Positions 54,759 to 64,000 of a DNA stretch of 64,000 nucleotides are shown piece by piece. A program made the position numbers and the translations under genes. The notes under the pieces were generated by a model. The model ran no database searches, was not told where the DNA came from, and saw only the letters and a program-made list of their open reading frames with translations. How positions within the stretch are numbered: position 1 is the stretch's first letter; every line of letters starts with the position of its first letter. Origin of the DNA: Flavobacteriales bacterium (GTDB taxonomy: Bacteria; Bacteroidota; Bacteroidia; CAIKAF01); assembly GCA_018401695.1 (NCBI GenBank), contig JAGYKD010000004.1, forward strand, positions 30,014-94,013, in the 5' to 3' direction.

Positions 54759-55652
54759 TTACTTTAGGCTATCGGGTAGGGGGCGTTGCTTAGGTATGTT
54801 GGGTCCCATTCTTCGGACTTCGCCCGGCTTTCCACTTTCTTCGTTGGGGCTTCTTACGTCCACATCGGACAGGAGAAGCCAACGGTCCTTTTTAAACACC
54901 AGCGCATCGTAGGAGCCGTCGGGACCGTAAAATTGAAACTGTGATTTTAGGTTCGGTTCGGCGGGCGACAGGTGGTCCATTACGATACGTTTATTTTCTT
55001 CCTCATACCTAATGGACATGGTGGCTTGGACGGAATAGTGGAATAGCAATCGACCTTTGAGTCTTTCCTCGTGTTCAATGATCCTTTTGCCGAACTTAGG
55101 GTTGCCGTTTCCGGTAAAGTACAGGGTTTCAATTCCTTTGTGTTGCACTATGCCATCTCCCGGATGAAACCCAAGCAACAAATAATAAGATTCTTTACCG
55201 TCTTTTGCTTCCAAAAGCTCGTAGTAAATCATACCGGGCCACTTGTCGTCGTTAAAGGATCGGTACGAAAAAGAGCGGTGGTCTAGCCCTTGATCTTCGA
55301 GAGCAACTACTTGAGGGGCTTTGTTTTCGGATTTTGGAGCATGCTGCACAAAGCCGGCGGCTTTAAAGCCGTTGTCGCTTAAGTAAAGCCAAGTATACAG
55401 CCTAAAAGACTTATCTGTTGGGGTAAGTACAGAAACTTTGGGCAAGGGTTTGGGTGGATTGGCGAAGCTACCATTTTCCTCCAAGGCCTTGCCCAACCAA
55501 GCATAGAATGCCTGAAATGCCTGCATACGTATTGAGGCGGGAATTCTTCCATCGATGAAGGTTTCTTGCCAAATACGCACGGAGTCTGTTTGCTGGGCAA
55601 AGGCCGCATTCAGCGAAAAAGCAAGAAAGCCAATAATCCACGCTTTTGTCAT
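54759..55652 (-). CDS. Conserved hypothetical secreted protein
   Basis: Signal peptide; W.G.IYY, IV.DHL.P, YGPDGSYD. Confidence 0.75.
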   Translation of the reverse strand: MTKAWIIGFLAFSLNAAFAQQTDSVRIWQETFIDGRIPASIRMQAFQAFYAWLGKALEENGSFANPPKPLPKVSVLTPTDKSFRLYTWLYLSDNGFKAAGFVQHAPKSENKAPQVVALEDQGLDHRSFSYRSFNDDKWPGMIYYELLEAKDGKESYYLLLGFHPGDGIVQHKGIETLYFTGNGNPKFGKRIIEHEERLKGRLLFHYSVQATMSIRYEEENKRIVMDHLSPAEPNLKSQFQFYGPDGSYDALVFKKDRWLLLSDVDVRSPNEESGKPGEVRRMGPNIPKQRPLPDSLK

Positions 55653-55698
55653 ATCATACGAACGTAAAAAGCGGGCTTTAGGTATGATAGTCTATAGT

Positions 55699-56046
55699 TT
55701 AAAGGTGCAGTTTGTCTTTTTTGGCGAACAAAACCTCTTTTGTTTCGGGGTGGTTTTCGTCGTCTACGCAGCAATCGACAGGGCATACGGCGGCACATTG
55801 GGGCTCATCGTGGAATCCGACGCATTCCGTACATTTGTCGGTGACAATATAATAGACATCCATGCTGTAAGGATCCTGTGAAGCATCGGCATCTACTCCG
55901 TTGCCGTCAAATAAGGTAAAATCACCTTTTACCGAGGTCCCGTCGGATACACGCCACTCAACACCACCTTCATAAATGGCGTTGTTGGGGCATTCGGGTT
56001 CGCAGGCACCACAGTTGATGCATTCGTCGGTAATTTTTATGGCCAT
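55699..56046 (-). CDS. 4Fe-4S dicluster ferredoxin (YfhL-like)
   Basis: [12 protein letters not shown] and CTECVG...[11 protein letters not shown]. Confidence 0.95.
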   Translation of the reverse strand: MAIKITDECINCGACEPECPNNAIYEGGVEWRVSDGTSVKGDFTLFDGNGVDADASQDPYSMDVYYIVTDKCTECVGFHDEPQCAAVCPVDCCVDDENHPETKEVLFAKKDKLHL

Positions 56047-56085
56047 ATTTGTGGTCTTTCTCGTTTTAAAATCCATGCAAAGGTA

Positions 56086-57120
56086 ATGAAAAATATCCCC
56101 TTTTTAGGTGATAGGGTGCGGCAACTGGCTCAATTAGGTGCGGTCATAGACGCTTGGTTAGCGCCGGATCATGCCGGTTTTGACGACCTCTGCCGTAGGT
56201 CGGGAGCTCAAAATCCCTGGTTTACGAAGCAAGATATTGTACAAGCCTTGGAGGCATTGCGTCCTTGGTTAACCGAAGATCGGTTACATACTTGGGCCAA
56301 ACACTATGGCTTAGGCGATTTTCCGCCACTAACGCGCCGTGTATTGGTGGTTATGGCGGGTAATCTGCCCTTAGTGAATTTTCACGATGCCTTGGCGGTG
56401 TTGCTTTCCGGACATCAACTTCTGGCCCGAATGAGTCATCAAGATTCGGTGCTCTTGCCGCACTTGTTGTGCGAGGCCGGTATTTCTGAAGATTGGGCCT
56501 TGTGTACCCGCGAAACCGTTAAAGACTTTGATGCAGTTATTGCGACCGGGTCAGGAAATACCGGTCGCTATTTCGAACATTATTTTTCAAAGTATCCTAA
56601 GGTGCTGCGAAAAAACCGCCAAAGCTTTGCGGTATTGTCGGGAGAGGAGCAAGCCTCGGATTTAGAAGCCTTGGCGCACGATATGTTTCGTTATTATGGA
56701 TTGGGCTGTCGCAACGTTTCTTTGCTTTGGGTCCCCCAAGACGCGGATATTCATGGCTTGATTCAAGGCCTCCGGTCCTATGCTTGGCTTTCCGATTTTA
56801 GCAGGTTCCGAAACAATTACGACTACCAAAAGGCCGCATTTTTGGTCAATAAAGTGCCATTTTACGAAGGCGGCTTTTTTTTGCTTAGGCCTTCTGAGGC
56901 ATTAAGTAGTCCTCCCGCCGTGGTGCATTTGGCCCAATATCAAGACTATTCGGAAGTGGAAGCTTGGACAAATGAGCATCAGGAGCACATTCAGTGTAGC
57001 GTAGGGTACCGTCAAAACCTTGCCTTTGGCGAAAGTCAAATGCCGGGATTGATGGATTATCCGGACGGAATAGACACCATGGCATTTTTAAAAAGTTTGA
57101 GAAAAGCGGTGGTATCTTGA
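56086..57120 (+). CDS. Acyl-CoA reductase (LuxC-like)
   Basis: [34 protein letters not shown]. Confidence 0.9.
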   Translation: MKNIPFLGDRVRQLAQLGAVIDAWLAPDHAGFDDLCRRSGAQNPWFTKQDIVQALEALRPWLTEDRLHTWAKHYGLGDFPPLTRRVLVVMAGNLPLVNFHDALAVLLSGHQLLARMSHQDSVLLPHLLCEAGISEDWALCTRETVKDFDAVIATGSGNTGRYFEHYFSKYPKVLRKNRQSFAVLSGEEQASDLEALAHDMFRYYGLGCRNVSLLWVPQDADIHGLIQGLRSYAWLSDFSRFRNNYDYQKAAFLVNKVPFYEGGFFLLRPSEALSSPPAVVHLAQYQDYSEVEAWTNEHQEHIQCSVGYRQNLAFGESQMPGLMDYPDGIDTMAFLKSLRKAVVS

Positions 57121-57151
57121 TTTTTTGTAACTTAGTAGAAAGTATTTTTAC

Positions 57152-57610
57152 ATGAGACGTACCATATTTATTCTTTGTTTCGCTTTTGGGCAGGGTCTTT
57201 TTGCTCAATCCAACGCTTCTGCTGCACAAGATTTTGCACAGCGTTTTGGTACCAATCAAGCCTCTTGGGCTCAGGAAGGCAACACTCATGTGGCTACATT
57301 TAAAGCCGATCAAGGTCCGGCTTATGCTGAATACGATGACCAAGGGAATTATTTAGGCTTGGCTTCTCTTTCCGATTTGGCATCCATGCCGGCCGAAGCT
57401 CAGACTTTCCTGGAGCGCGGTTTCACCGGCGAAAACGGAAATGGTCCCTACGACCTTCAGTACGTGCGCTTGTTGGACGAGGGCAATGGAAGCCAAAGTT
57501 ATGTGGCAATTTTAGTGAACGCCTCCAACCCCAATCAGCATTTGAAACTCTATTTTGACAGTGCCACCGGAACTCTTGAGCGTCGAGCACTTTGGTCTAC
57601 CGCTCCCTAA
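57152..57610 (+). CDS. Hypothetical secreted protein (PepSY-like)
   Basis: Signal peptide; W...ATF...A.YD..G, LYFD..G. Confidence 0.6.
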   Translation: MRRTIFILCFAFGQGLFAQSNASAAQDFAQRFGTNQASWAQEGNTHVATFKADQGPAYAEYDDQGNYLGLASLSDLASMPAEAQTFLERGFTGENGNGPYDLQYVRLLDEGNGSQSYVAILVNASNPNQHLKLYFDSATGTLERRALWSTAP

Positions 57611-57617
57611 TTTGGAT

Positions 57618-58091
57618 TTAGCTGCGATGGTAAGGATGTCCGCGCCAAAGGGTTGCGGCTCGGTACAATTGTTCCATAAACACCAAATGCGCCAAGTCGT
57701 GAGGAAAGGTCATGGTCGAAAGCGATAATGCCTCCGGAACTTGGTTTTTAAAACCATGTGCAAATCCATCGGGGCCGCCCAAGAAGAACTGAACCCCCTT
57801 TCCTCCTCTTAGGTGCCACTGCTCCAATTGCTTAGTGAATTGCTCAGAGCTGTAACTCCTACCGGTTTCATCCAGCCTTACAGGCCACCAGCCTGCTTTC
57901 AACTGCTTGGCAAAGGCCTCTGCTTCTTTTTCCTTGCGGTGGTTCAATTCCAATTTCCCAAAAGACTTTGGAAAACTCAAGAAATGCTCTTTAAAACCAA
58001 GCAGTGGACTCAAGCGCTCCCGGTACATTGAAATACCCTTTACAGCAAAGGATAATTGAGGTTTCCCGGCTAAAATGAGTTCAACTTGCAT
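57618..58091 (-). CDS. rlmH: 23S rRNA pseudouridine-1915 N3-methyltransferase
   Basis: LDETG..YSS, GGPDGF, LSLSTMTFPH, EQLYRA...GHPYH. Confidence 0.95.
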   Translation of the reverse strand: MQVELILAGKPQLSFAVKGISMYRERLSPLLGFKEHFLSFPKSFGKLELNHRKEKEAEAFAKQLKAGWWPVRLDETGRSYSSEQFTKQLEQWHLRGGKGVQFFLGGPDGFAHGFKNQVPEALSLSTMTFPHDLAHLVFMEQLYRAATLWRGHPYHRS

Positions 58092-58143
58092 GAATTGGCG
58101 CAATTTTTGCACGAATGTATGTACATCGAAGGATATTTGCCTC

Positions 58144-58539
58144 ATGAAACTAAGCCAATGGACTGCGTTGCTCATGCTCATTTTGCTATTTAATACAAGC
58201 ATTCAAGCACAGCAAGGATTGCCTGAAGTAGTGGATGCTCTTTCCCAAGGAAATGCCCAGAGCTTATCGCCCTGGTTCCACCCTACGGTAAATCTTACAG
58301 TAATGCACAAGGAAGGAAGCTACAGCAAAGCGCAAGCCGAACAAATAGTACAGAACTTTTTTATGGATCATCCGAGTCGCGGATTTCAGGTGTTGCATCA
58401 AGGCAGCAGCGGCGACCAGGCGCGTTATGTTATTGGCGAGCTCAAATCGAGCGATGAGGTGTTTCGCGTATACTTGTTATACAAAACTCTAGGAGGGGAG
58501 GAGCGCATTCAAACCTTGCGGTTCGAAAGGAATGAGTAA
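58144..58539 (+). CDS. DUF4783 domain protein
   Basis: GNA..L...F, YSKAQAE.I...FF, F...HQG. Confidence 0.85.
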   Translation: MKLSQWTALLMLILLFNTSIQAQQGLPEVVDALSQGNAQSLSPWFHPTVNLTVMHKEGSYSKAQAEQIVQNFFMDHPSRGFQVLHQGSSGDQARYVIGELKSSDEVFRVYLLYKTLGGEERIQTLRFERNE

Positions 58540-58548
58540 TTTCCACCC

Positions 58549-59412
58549 ATGAACAGTTCCGGTGCCGAGTTTCAGGATTTCTTATCCCGCGTATTTTTTG
58601 AAGACCTCCAAGGAAATGTAGACCCCTCCAGTCATTGGGTGTTTTCAGAACATACTCAAGCAGAGGCCTTTATTCAAGCCAAAGCTTCGGGAATCGCTTC
58701 TGGTATGAATTACTTGAACGCCATATTTAATTTTTTACCCGGTCCGGAGGTGCAAGTAAGAACGGAAGTAGAAGACGGACAAATCATAGAAGCCGGACAA
58801 ACCATAGCCTTAATTCAAGGAACCGCCCGGCAACTGCTAACTGCTGAACGAACCGCACTTAATCTTTTGCAAAGAATGTGCGGCATTGCCAGCTTAACCC
58901 ATGCCATGGTTGCTTCCATTGCACATACGCATTGTGTATTGCTCGATACCCGCAAAACCACTCCATTGCTTCGCGCCTTTGAAAAAGAAGCTGTGCGCCA
59001 TGGCGGTGGAGCAAACCATCGATTCGGGCTATACGATATGGTTATGCTCAAAGACAACCATATCGATTTTGCCGGAGGAATAGCTCAAGCCATGCATTCG
59101 GTTAGAGAGGCCATGAAAGCCACAGGGCAAACCCTGCCTGTAGAAATCGAAACCCGAAACCTGGAGCAAGTAGAACAAGCTTTACAAGAGGATGGGCTTA
59201 CCCGCATTATGTTCGACAATTTTACCCCCGCTCAGGTTAGGGAAGCCGTGGCTATGGTTGGCGGTGCTTTGGAAACGGAAGCGTCGGGAGGCATTCATGC
59301 CGGCAATTTGGTGGCTTATGCCGAAACAGGGGTGCAATTCATATCCATGGGTATGCTCACTCATTCGGTACCTGCTTTAGACTTAAGCATGAAGTCCTCT
59401 ATACGCGTATGA
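58549..59412 (+). CDS. nadC: Nicotinate-nucleotide diphosphorylase
   Basis: ERTALN, DTRKTTP, HRFGLYD..MLKDNH, EASGG. Confidence 0.97.
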   Translation: MNSSGAEFQDFLSRVFFEDLQGNVDPSSHWVFSEHTQAEAFIQAKASGIASGMNYLNAIFNFLPGPEVQVRTEVEDGQIIEAGQTIALIQGTARQLLTAERTALNLLQRMCGIASLTHAMVASIAHTHCVLLDTRKTTPLLRAFEKEAVRHGGGANHRFGLYDMVMLKDNHIDFAGGIAQAMHSVREAMKATGQTLPVEIETRNLEQVEQALQEDGLTRIMFDNFTPAQVREAVAMVGGALETEASGGIHAGNLVAYAETGVQFISMGMLTHSVPALDLSMKSSIRV

Positions 59413-60317
59413 AGCTTTGCCCTTTGTACCGTTTTCTTTTGCGCTACCCGTTAACGGCGCGCTTGCTCCGGCGCATCCGAAAAACCAGTTTTCCCGGTTT
59501 GCATGGTTTACCCATATTCGATGTGTTGCGGATTTTTCTGCGCGGGGTAGGGGCCTCTCGGATCAATATGCGTGCCGGTTCGGTCGCTTTTCGGCTTATG
59601 TTGGCTTTTTTTCCAACTCTGTTTTTTTTGGTGCAAATGGTGGCTTTTGTTCCAGAACCCGGTTTGCCGCACCGATTGCTAGCAGGATTGGAAAAACTTA
59701 TGCCTTCTGCACTTTTCGAGGCTTTGGAACCCGGACTGGCCGGCCTTTTGTTCACCAAACAAAGCGGACTTTTGTCCTTAAGCCTTTTGTTGGGTTTGTG
59801 GTTTTCTTCCAATGGCATACTTGCCTTAATTCAAGCCTTTAATGCCTCGGCATTTTTAAAAGAAACACGTCCCGGCTGGCAGCAGCGCCTCTGGGCCCTA
59901 GGTATAACCCTTTTGTTTGTGCCCGGTAGTTTGTTTGTTTTGGTTTTGCTTACTTGGCTGGGTTTATGGAACAGGGCCTTGGAATGGTTTCATACAAGCC
60001 TAGGATGGATTGTAATGGCATTGGTGCTCATGCCCTCCATTGGTTTGTTGTTTCGTTTGGCGCCCAGCAAGCGATTGGGCCTGCCGTTACTTTCGCCGGG
60101 GGTGTTGGTGGCTTCTTTGTTTTTGCTCCTTTTTTTGTTTTTGCTGCGTTGGTATGCCATTCGCTTTTATAATTGGAACGAGGTCTTTGGACTTTTGGGC
60201 ATTGTGCCCCTTCTGATGTTGTTTTTTTACGCTTCTGCCATGGCCTTGCTGCTCGGCTTTGAAACCAATTTGAGTTGGTTGCGCTTTAAGCACTGGAGGG
60301 CCAAGTTTAGGGCATAA
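59409..60317 (+). CDS. YihY/virulence factor BrkB family membrane protein
   Basis: AGSVAF..MLAFFP, SNG..A...FN, LLGFE.N; multiple TM segments. Confidence 0.88.
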   Translation: MKLCPLYRFLLRYPLTARLLRRIRKTSFPGLHGLPIFDVLRIFLRGVGASRINMRAGSVAFRLMLAFFPTLFFLVQMVAFVPEPGLPHRLLAGLEKLMPSALFEALEPGLAGLLFTKQSGLLSLSLLLGLWFSSNGILALIQAFNASAFLKETRPGWQQRLWALGITLLFVPGSLFVLVLLTWLGLWNRALEWFHTSLGWIVMALVLMPSIGLLFRLAPSKRLGLPLLSPGVLVASLFLLLFLFLLRWYAIRFYNWNEVFGLLGIVPLLMLFFYASAMALLLGFETNLSWLRFKHWRAKFRA

Positions 60318-60360
60318 AAAAAGCCACCCTAAGGTGGCTCTTACATAAAAACATATGGGA

Positions 60361-61359
60361 TTATTGGCCTACCAGTACGCAAAGGTCTGCCAATCGATTG
60401 GAATATCCCGCTTCGTTATCGTACCACCCAAACACTTTCACCAAATTATCCTTTACAAAGGTCATTTGGCTATCGAAAATGCAAGAATGTGGATTACTCA
60501 CAATATCCGCACTCACAATGGGATCCTCGGTATATTCCAAAATACCCTTAAGCGCTCCCTCGGCAGCTTGTTTAAAGGCGGCGTTGATTTCTTCTGCCGA
60601 TGTTGGATTGCGAACAACCAACGACATATCGGTAAGGCTGCCTGTTGGAGTTGGTACCCGGATAGAAGTACCGTCCAATTTTCCCGCCAAATGAGGGAAA
60701 ATTTTGCCAATGGCGCGGGCAGCTCCGGTAGAAGTAGGAACCAAGGATAAGGCCGCCGCCCGGGCACGACGCAGGTCGCTGTGCGGGGCATCTTGTAAAT
60801 TTTGGTCGGCAGTGTAGGCATGAATTGTGTTCATAAAACCATTTTCAATGCCGCACAAATCGTCTACTACTTTTACCAAAGGCGAAACACAGTTGGTAGT
60901 GCAAGAAGCATTGGAAATAATTTGGTCCGAGGATTCAATAATAGATTCATTGGCACCCAATACCACCATTTTTATGTCAGAAGACTTGGCCGGCGCAGAC
61001 AAGAGCACGCGCTTTGCGCCGGCTTTGATGTGCCCGGAAGCGGAGTCGCTATCCAAAAATCGACCGGTACATTCCAATACCACATCTACTTGGTGACTTT
61101 TCCAGGGGCAAGCTGCCGGGTCACGCGCTGCGCTAATGGAAATTTTTTGTCCATTCACCATAAAATGGTCGGCTCCTGCTTGCACCTCTCCGGGAAATCG
61201 ACCGTGAATGGAGTCGTATTTAAGCAAATGCGCCAAAGTTTTGGCGTCGGTAAGGTCATTAATGGCCACTACCTGAACGTTTGGTTTTTGCATCAAGGCT
61301 CGGAAAGTAATCCTGCCAATGCGTCCGAAGCCATTAATGGCCACACGTATTTTTTCCAT
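60361..61359 (-). CDS. gap: Glyceraldehyde-3-phosphate dehydrogenase
   Basis: AINGFGRIGR, SNASCTTNC, WYDNE. Confidence 0.98.
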   Translation of the reverse strand: MEKIRVAINGFGRIGRITFRALMQKPNVQVVAINDLTDAKTLAHLLKYDSIHGRFPGEVQAGADHFMVNGQKISISAARDPAACPWKSHQVDVVLECTGRFLDSDSASGHIKAGAKRVLLSAPAKSSDIKMVVLGANESIIESSDQIISNASCTTNCVSPLVKVVDDLCGIENGFMNTIHAYTADQNLQDAPHSDLRRARAAALSLVPTSTGAARAIGKIFPHLAGKLDGTSIRVPTPTGSLTDMSLVVRNPTSAEEINAAFKQAAEGALKGILEYTEDPIVSADIVSNPHSCIFDSQMTFVKDNLVKVFGWYDNEAGYSNRLADLCVLVGQ

Positions 61360-61414
61360 GTGCAAGCGTTGAAATTTTGTGCAAAGGTAACAAGAGGGAT
61401 GGAATAAGCAGATT

Positions 61415-61619
61415 TTTGGGGCACCCTTAGGGCTTTTTTGTATCCTATGTTTGGAGCTGTATTCCAAAGCCCTAAGGCCGGGCCCTTTGGCCTAGTTGGT
61501 TCTTGCCAGCCTTTGGGCTGCCGCGGCTCCGGGGTCCCCTCTTGCCATCGGGGCCTCCTCGCTCGCCGCAGCCCATAAGGCTCCCAAAAACCAAGCTGTG
61601 GCCTGCGGTCCCTGCGCCG
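61415..61619 (+). repeat. GC-rich long-hairpin element (E11)
   Basis: TTTGGGGC start; GGCCGGGCCCT...AAGCTGTGG..CGGTCCCT shared with E3. Confidence 0.65.
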
Positions 61620-61832
61620 TCTATCTTTGTTGTTTGGTCTAGCATTTACTCATACTTTTGATTATGAGCGCTCTGCAATAAATGTCCTTCCTGTTTTTAC
61701 CTTAAGGTTAAGAGTAGTTAAGCTTCTCTTTTTTTTAATGTAGTTTTGTAATGAACAATTTCCCGATAAACCGGTGTTTTTGTTTTTACTTTAATCCGTT
61801 TTTTTAAAGATATTAGCACTAAATTTTATATC

Positions 61833-64000
61833 ATGGCGTTTAAGCGATACTCTTTACCTGCCTTCTTGTCTGCCGGCTTGCTCGCTTTCGGCACCTTCTC
61901 CACGGTGCAGGCTCAAGCTCCACATAGCTGCGGCAGTACTTTGGAACAGGCCGCTCAACAATATCCAGGCTTTTGGGAGGGTTACGAAAACTTTGTAGAA
62001 AGCTACAAGGCGTATCAAGAACTTTATCAAGGGCAGTTCGAAACCGCAGAAAACGGCAAGCGTATCATTCCTGTAGTGGTGCACGTTATCCACGAAGGTG
62101 GGGCAGAAAACATTTCTAAGAACCAAATCATCAGCCAAATCAATGCGGCGAATTTGGATTTCTCTTTCACCAACCCCAATAAAATTACCATTCCTCCTTA
62201 TTTCGATTCCATTGCCGCCGATGCCAACATCGAATTCCGCTTGGCTACGAAAGCCCCTAATGGAGCATGTACCGACGGCATCAACCGTATCTATTCTTAC
62301 AAAACGGAATTGGCGCGCGACTATACCGGCTTCAAACAGCTTAGCTATTGGGACCGCGCAAAATACCTTAACGTTTGGGTGGTAAACACCATCGACAACG
62401 ATGGTAATCCTTTTGGTAGTGTTTTAGGGTATGCACAGTTCCCTTATTCTTTCGGAGGTCAAAACCCCGTAACTTCCACCGACGGGATTACTTTAATCCA
62501 TAACCGTACCGGAACCATGGGCACAGCCAATGGCCTCCAAGGACGCACCTGGACACACGAAGTAGGACATTGGTTGGGTCTAATTCATATTTGGGGCGAT
62601 GCTACCTGTGGTGACGACCAAGTGGAAGATACACCCGTACACCGCGAACCTAATTTCGGGTGCTTTAATTACCCTAAAGAGGCTACCTGTGTAACCTTAG
62701 ATCCCAACAGCGATGCCGAAGATACCCTGCGACGGTTTCAAATAGGAGAGATGTTTGGCAATTACATGGACTATTCCGACGACGACTGCATGTCTATGTT
62801 TTCCAAAGGTCAAAAAGACCTAATGGACTTTGTTTTTTCCACCATTTCTTTCCGTACCAATGTAATTACTCCAGAGAACCAAGTAGCTACCGGAACAGAC
62901 GACGCCTCCCAAAACAACGCTTGTAGCCCCGCTCCTATTGCCGACTTCTGGTCCCGAAAAGGCTCCAATAACTTTGAAAGCCTTAAAATGATTTGCGCCG
63001 GAGAGTCTGTGGTGTTCCGCAACGGCACCCACAATGGAACTGCCGATAGCTACGCCTGGAATATGCCGGGTGCCAACAATACCGCGCCAACAGATGCAGA
63101 ACCCGTTGCCCAATACGACACCCCCGGTTTGTACGATGTAAGTCTTACCGCTACCAATAGCCAAGGTGCCGACCAAAAAGATCGTCCCGGTTATGTTATG
63201 GTAAGTTCTACCACCGCCGATAATACGAATTACATCTACTACGATGCCTTCGAGCCAGGTCCTTCAACCAGCTTATTTGAAGAAGGAAAATGGGTGTTTG
63301 TCAACGAAGGTAAACCAGGATTAGGCTGGGAAGGGGCAGAGAATTCCGGTTACAAAAGCCTACAATCGGTGCGTTGCCACAACGAAAGCGGCGTGCGCTA
63401 CGAGCGTTTCTTCTTAATCTCTCCTTCTTACGATTTGCGCGAGGTGGCTTCGCCTGAATTAAGCGTGCGTTGGGCTTATGCAGACCGTACCAACAATCCT
63501 TTTGTGGAGCAAGAAGATAAATTACAGGTGTTGGTATCTACCAACTGCGGGGAAACTTGGCAAGCACGTCCTATGCAAATTAGCGGTGCGGGAACTCCCT
63601 TTTCAACCCTTCAAACCCCGGACATGATTACCGCCGGTTTGTACCCTAACGGTTTTGTGCCTCAGTGCCGCCGACGAATGGGGCTTACTTACTGTTGATC
63701 TAAACACCTTTACCAACCGCGAAAATGTGCGTATTGCTTTCCGTTACGAAAGTGGTGGTCCATTCGGCAACGACTTGTATTTAGATGATTTCATGATCAA
63801 GGATGCCGATTCACCTACAAGCATCAATGAGCAAGACGAAGCATTTTCCTTAAAGCTCTATCCGAACCCTACTTCTGATTTGGCGAACCTAAGTTTTGAC
63901 TTAAGCGAGCAAGCTGTGGTAAAAGCTCAACTGATGGATTTGGCCGGTAGAGTAATTTATACTTTGGATGCCGGCACCATGTCTGCGGGCAATCACCAGC
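61833..64000 (+). CDS. M43 (pappalysin-type) zinc metalloprotease with PKD and T9SS C-terminal domain; frameshift near 63663; runs off the window
   Basis: IPVVVHVIH, HEVGHWLGLIH, NYMDYS, PKD. The shifted frame continues SAADEW...GNDLYLDDF...LYPNPTSD...LMDLAGR. Confidence 0.88.

Overview
Chromosomal window from a Bacteroidota bacterium (16S/23S sequence, TAnnTTTG promoters, T9SS-type C-terminal domain, stand-alone atpD-atpC). The left 8.2 kb is an AT-richer accessory region centred on tRNA-Leu(TAA). On the tRNA's 3' side are four near-identical but mosaic four-helix-bundle (IVS/Avd-like) genes, each behind a repetitive hairpin-rich leader, and the array is interrupted by an AAA-ATPase/nuclease gene bracketed by identical 9-17-9 palindromes. 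On the tRNA's 5' side is a 3.2 kb segment bounded by a 28-bp direct repeat. It carries (i) a HEPN Abi-like gene inside complementary GTTGGGGGCA/TGCCCCCAAC cassette-like ends, with a divergently promoted ~90-nt RNA candidate, and (ii) a Fic gene flanked by ~190-bp direct repeats. The rest is mostly housekeeping: an MbnP/MbnH copper cluster, tRNA-Gly, mutS, a two-component system, tadA, pdxJ, ahcY, a TPP riboswitch plus TonB-dependent receptor, ribF, atpD/atpC, hutU, a full rRNA operon (16S, tRNA-Ile, tRNA-Ala, 23S, 5S), an ArnT/GT2 cluster, two tandem fibrinogen-like domain genes, rlmH, nadC, gap, and a frameshifted M43 protease. Intergenic DNA holds about 11 GC-rich ~150-bp long-hairpin elements with conserved ends and shuffled cores, plus REP-like tandem arrays. 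No CRISPR array, integrase, transposase or reverse transcriptase is visible. All calls are by eye; no database search was run.
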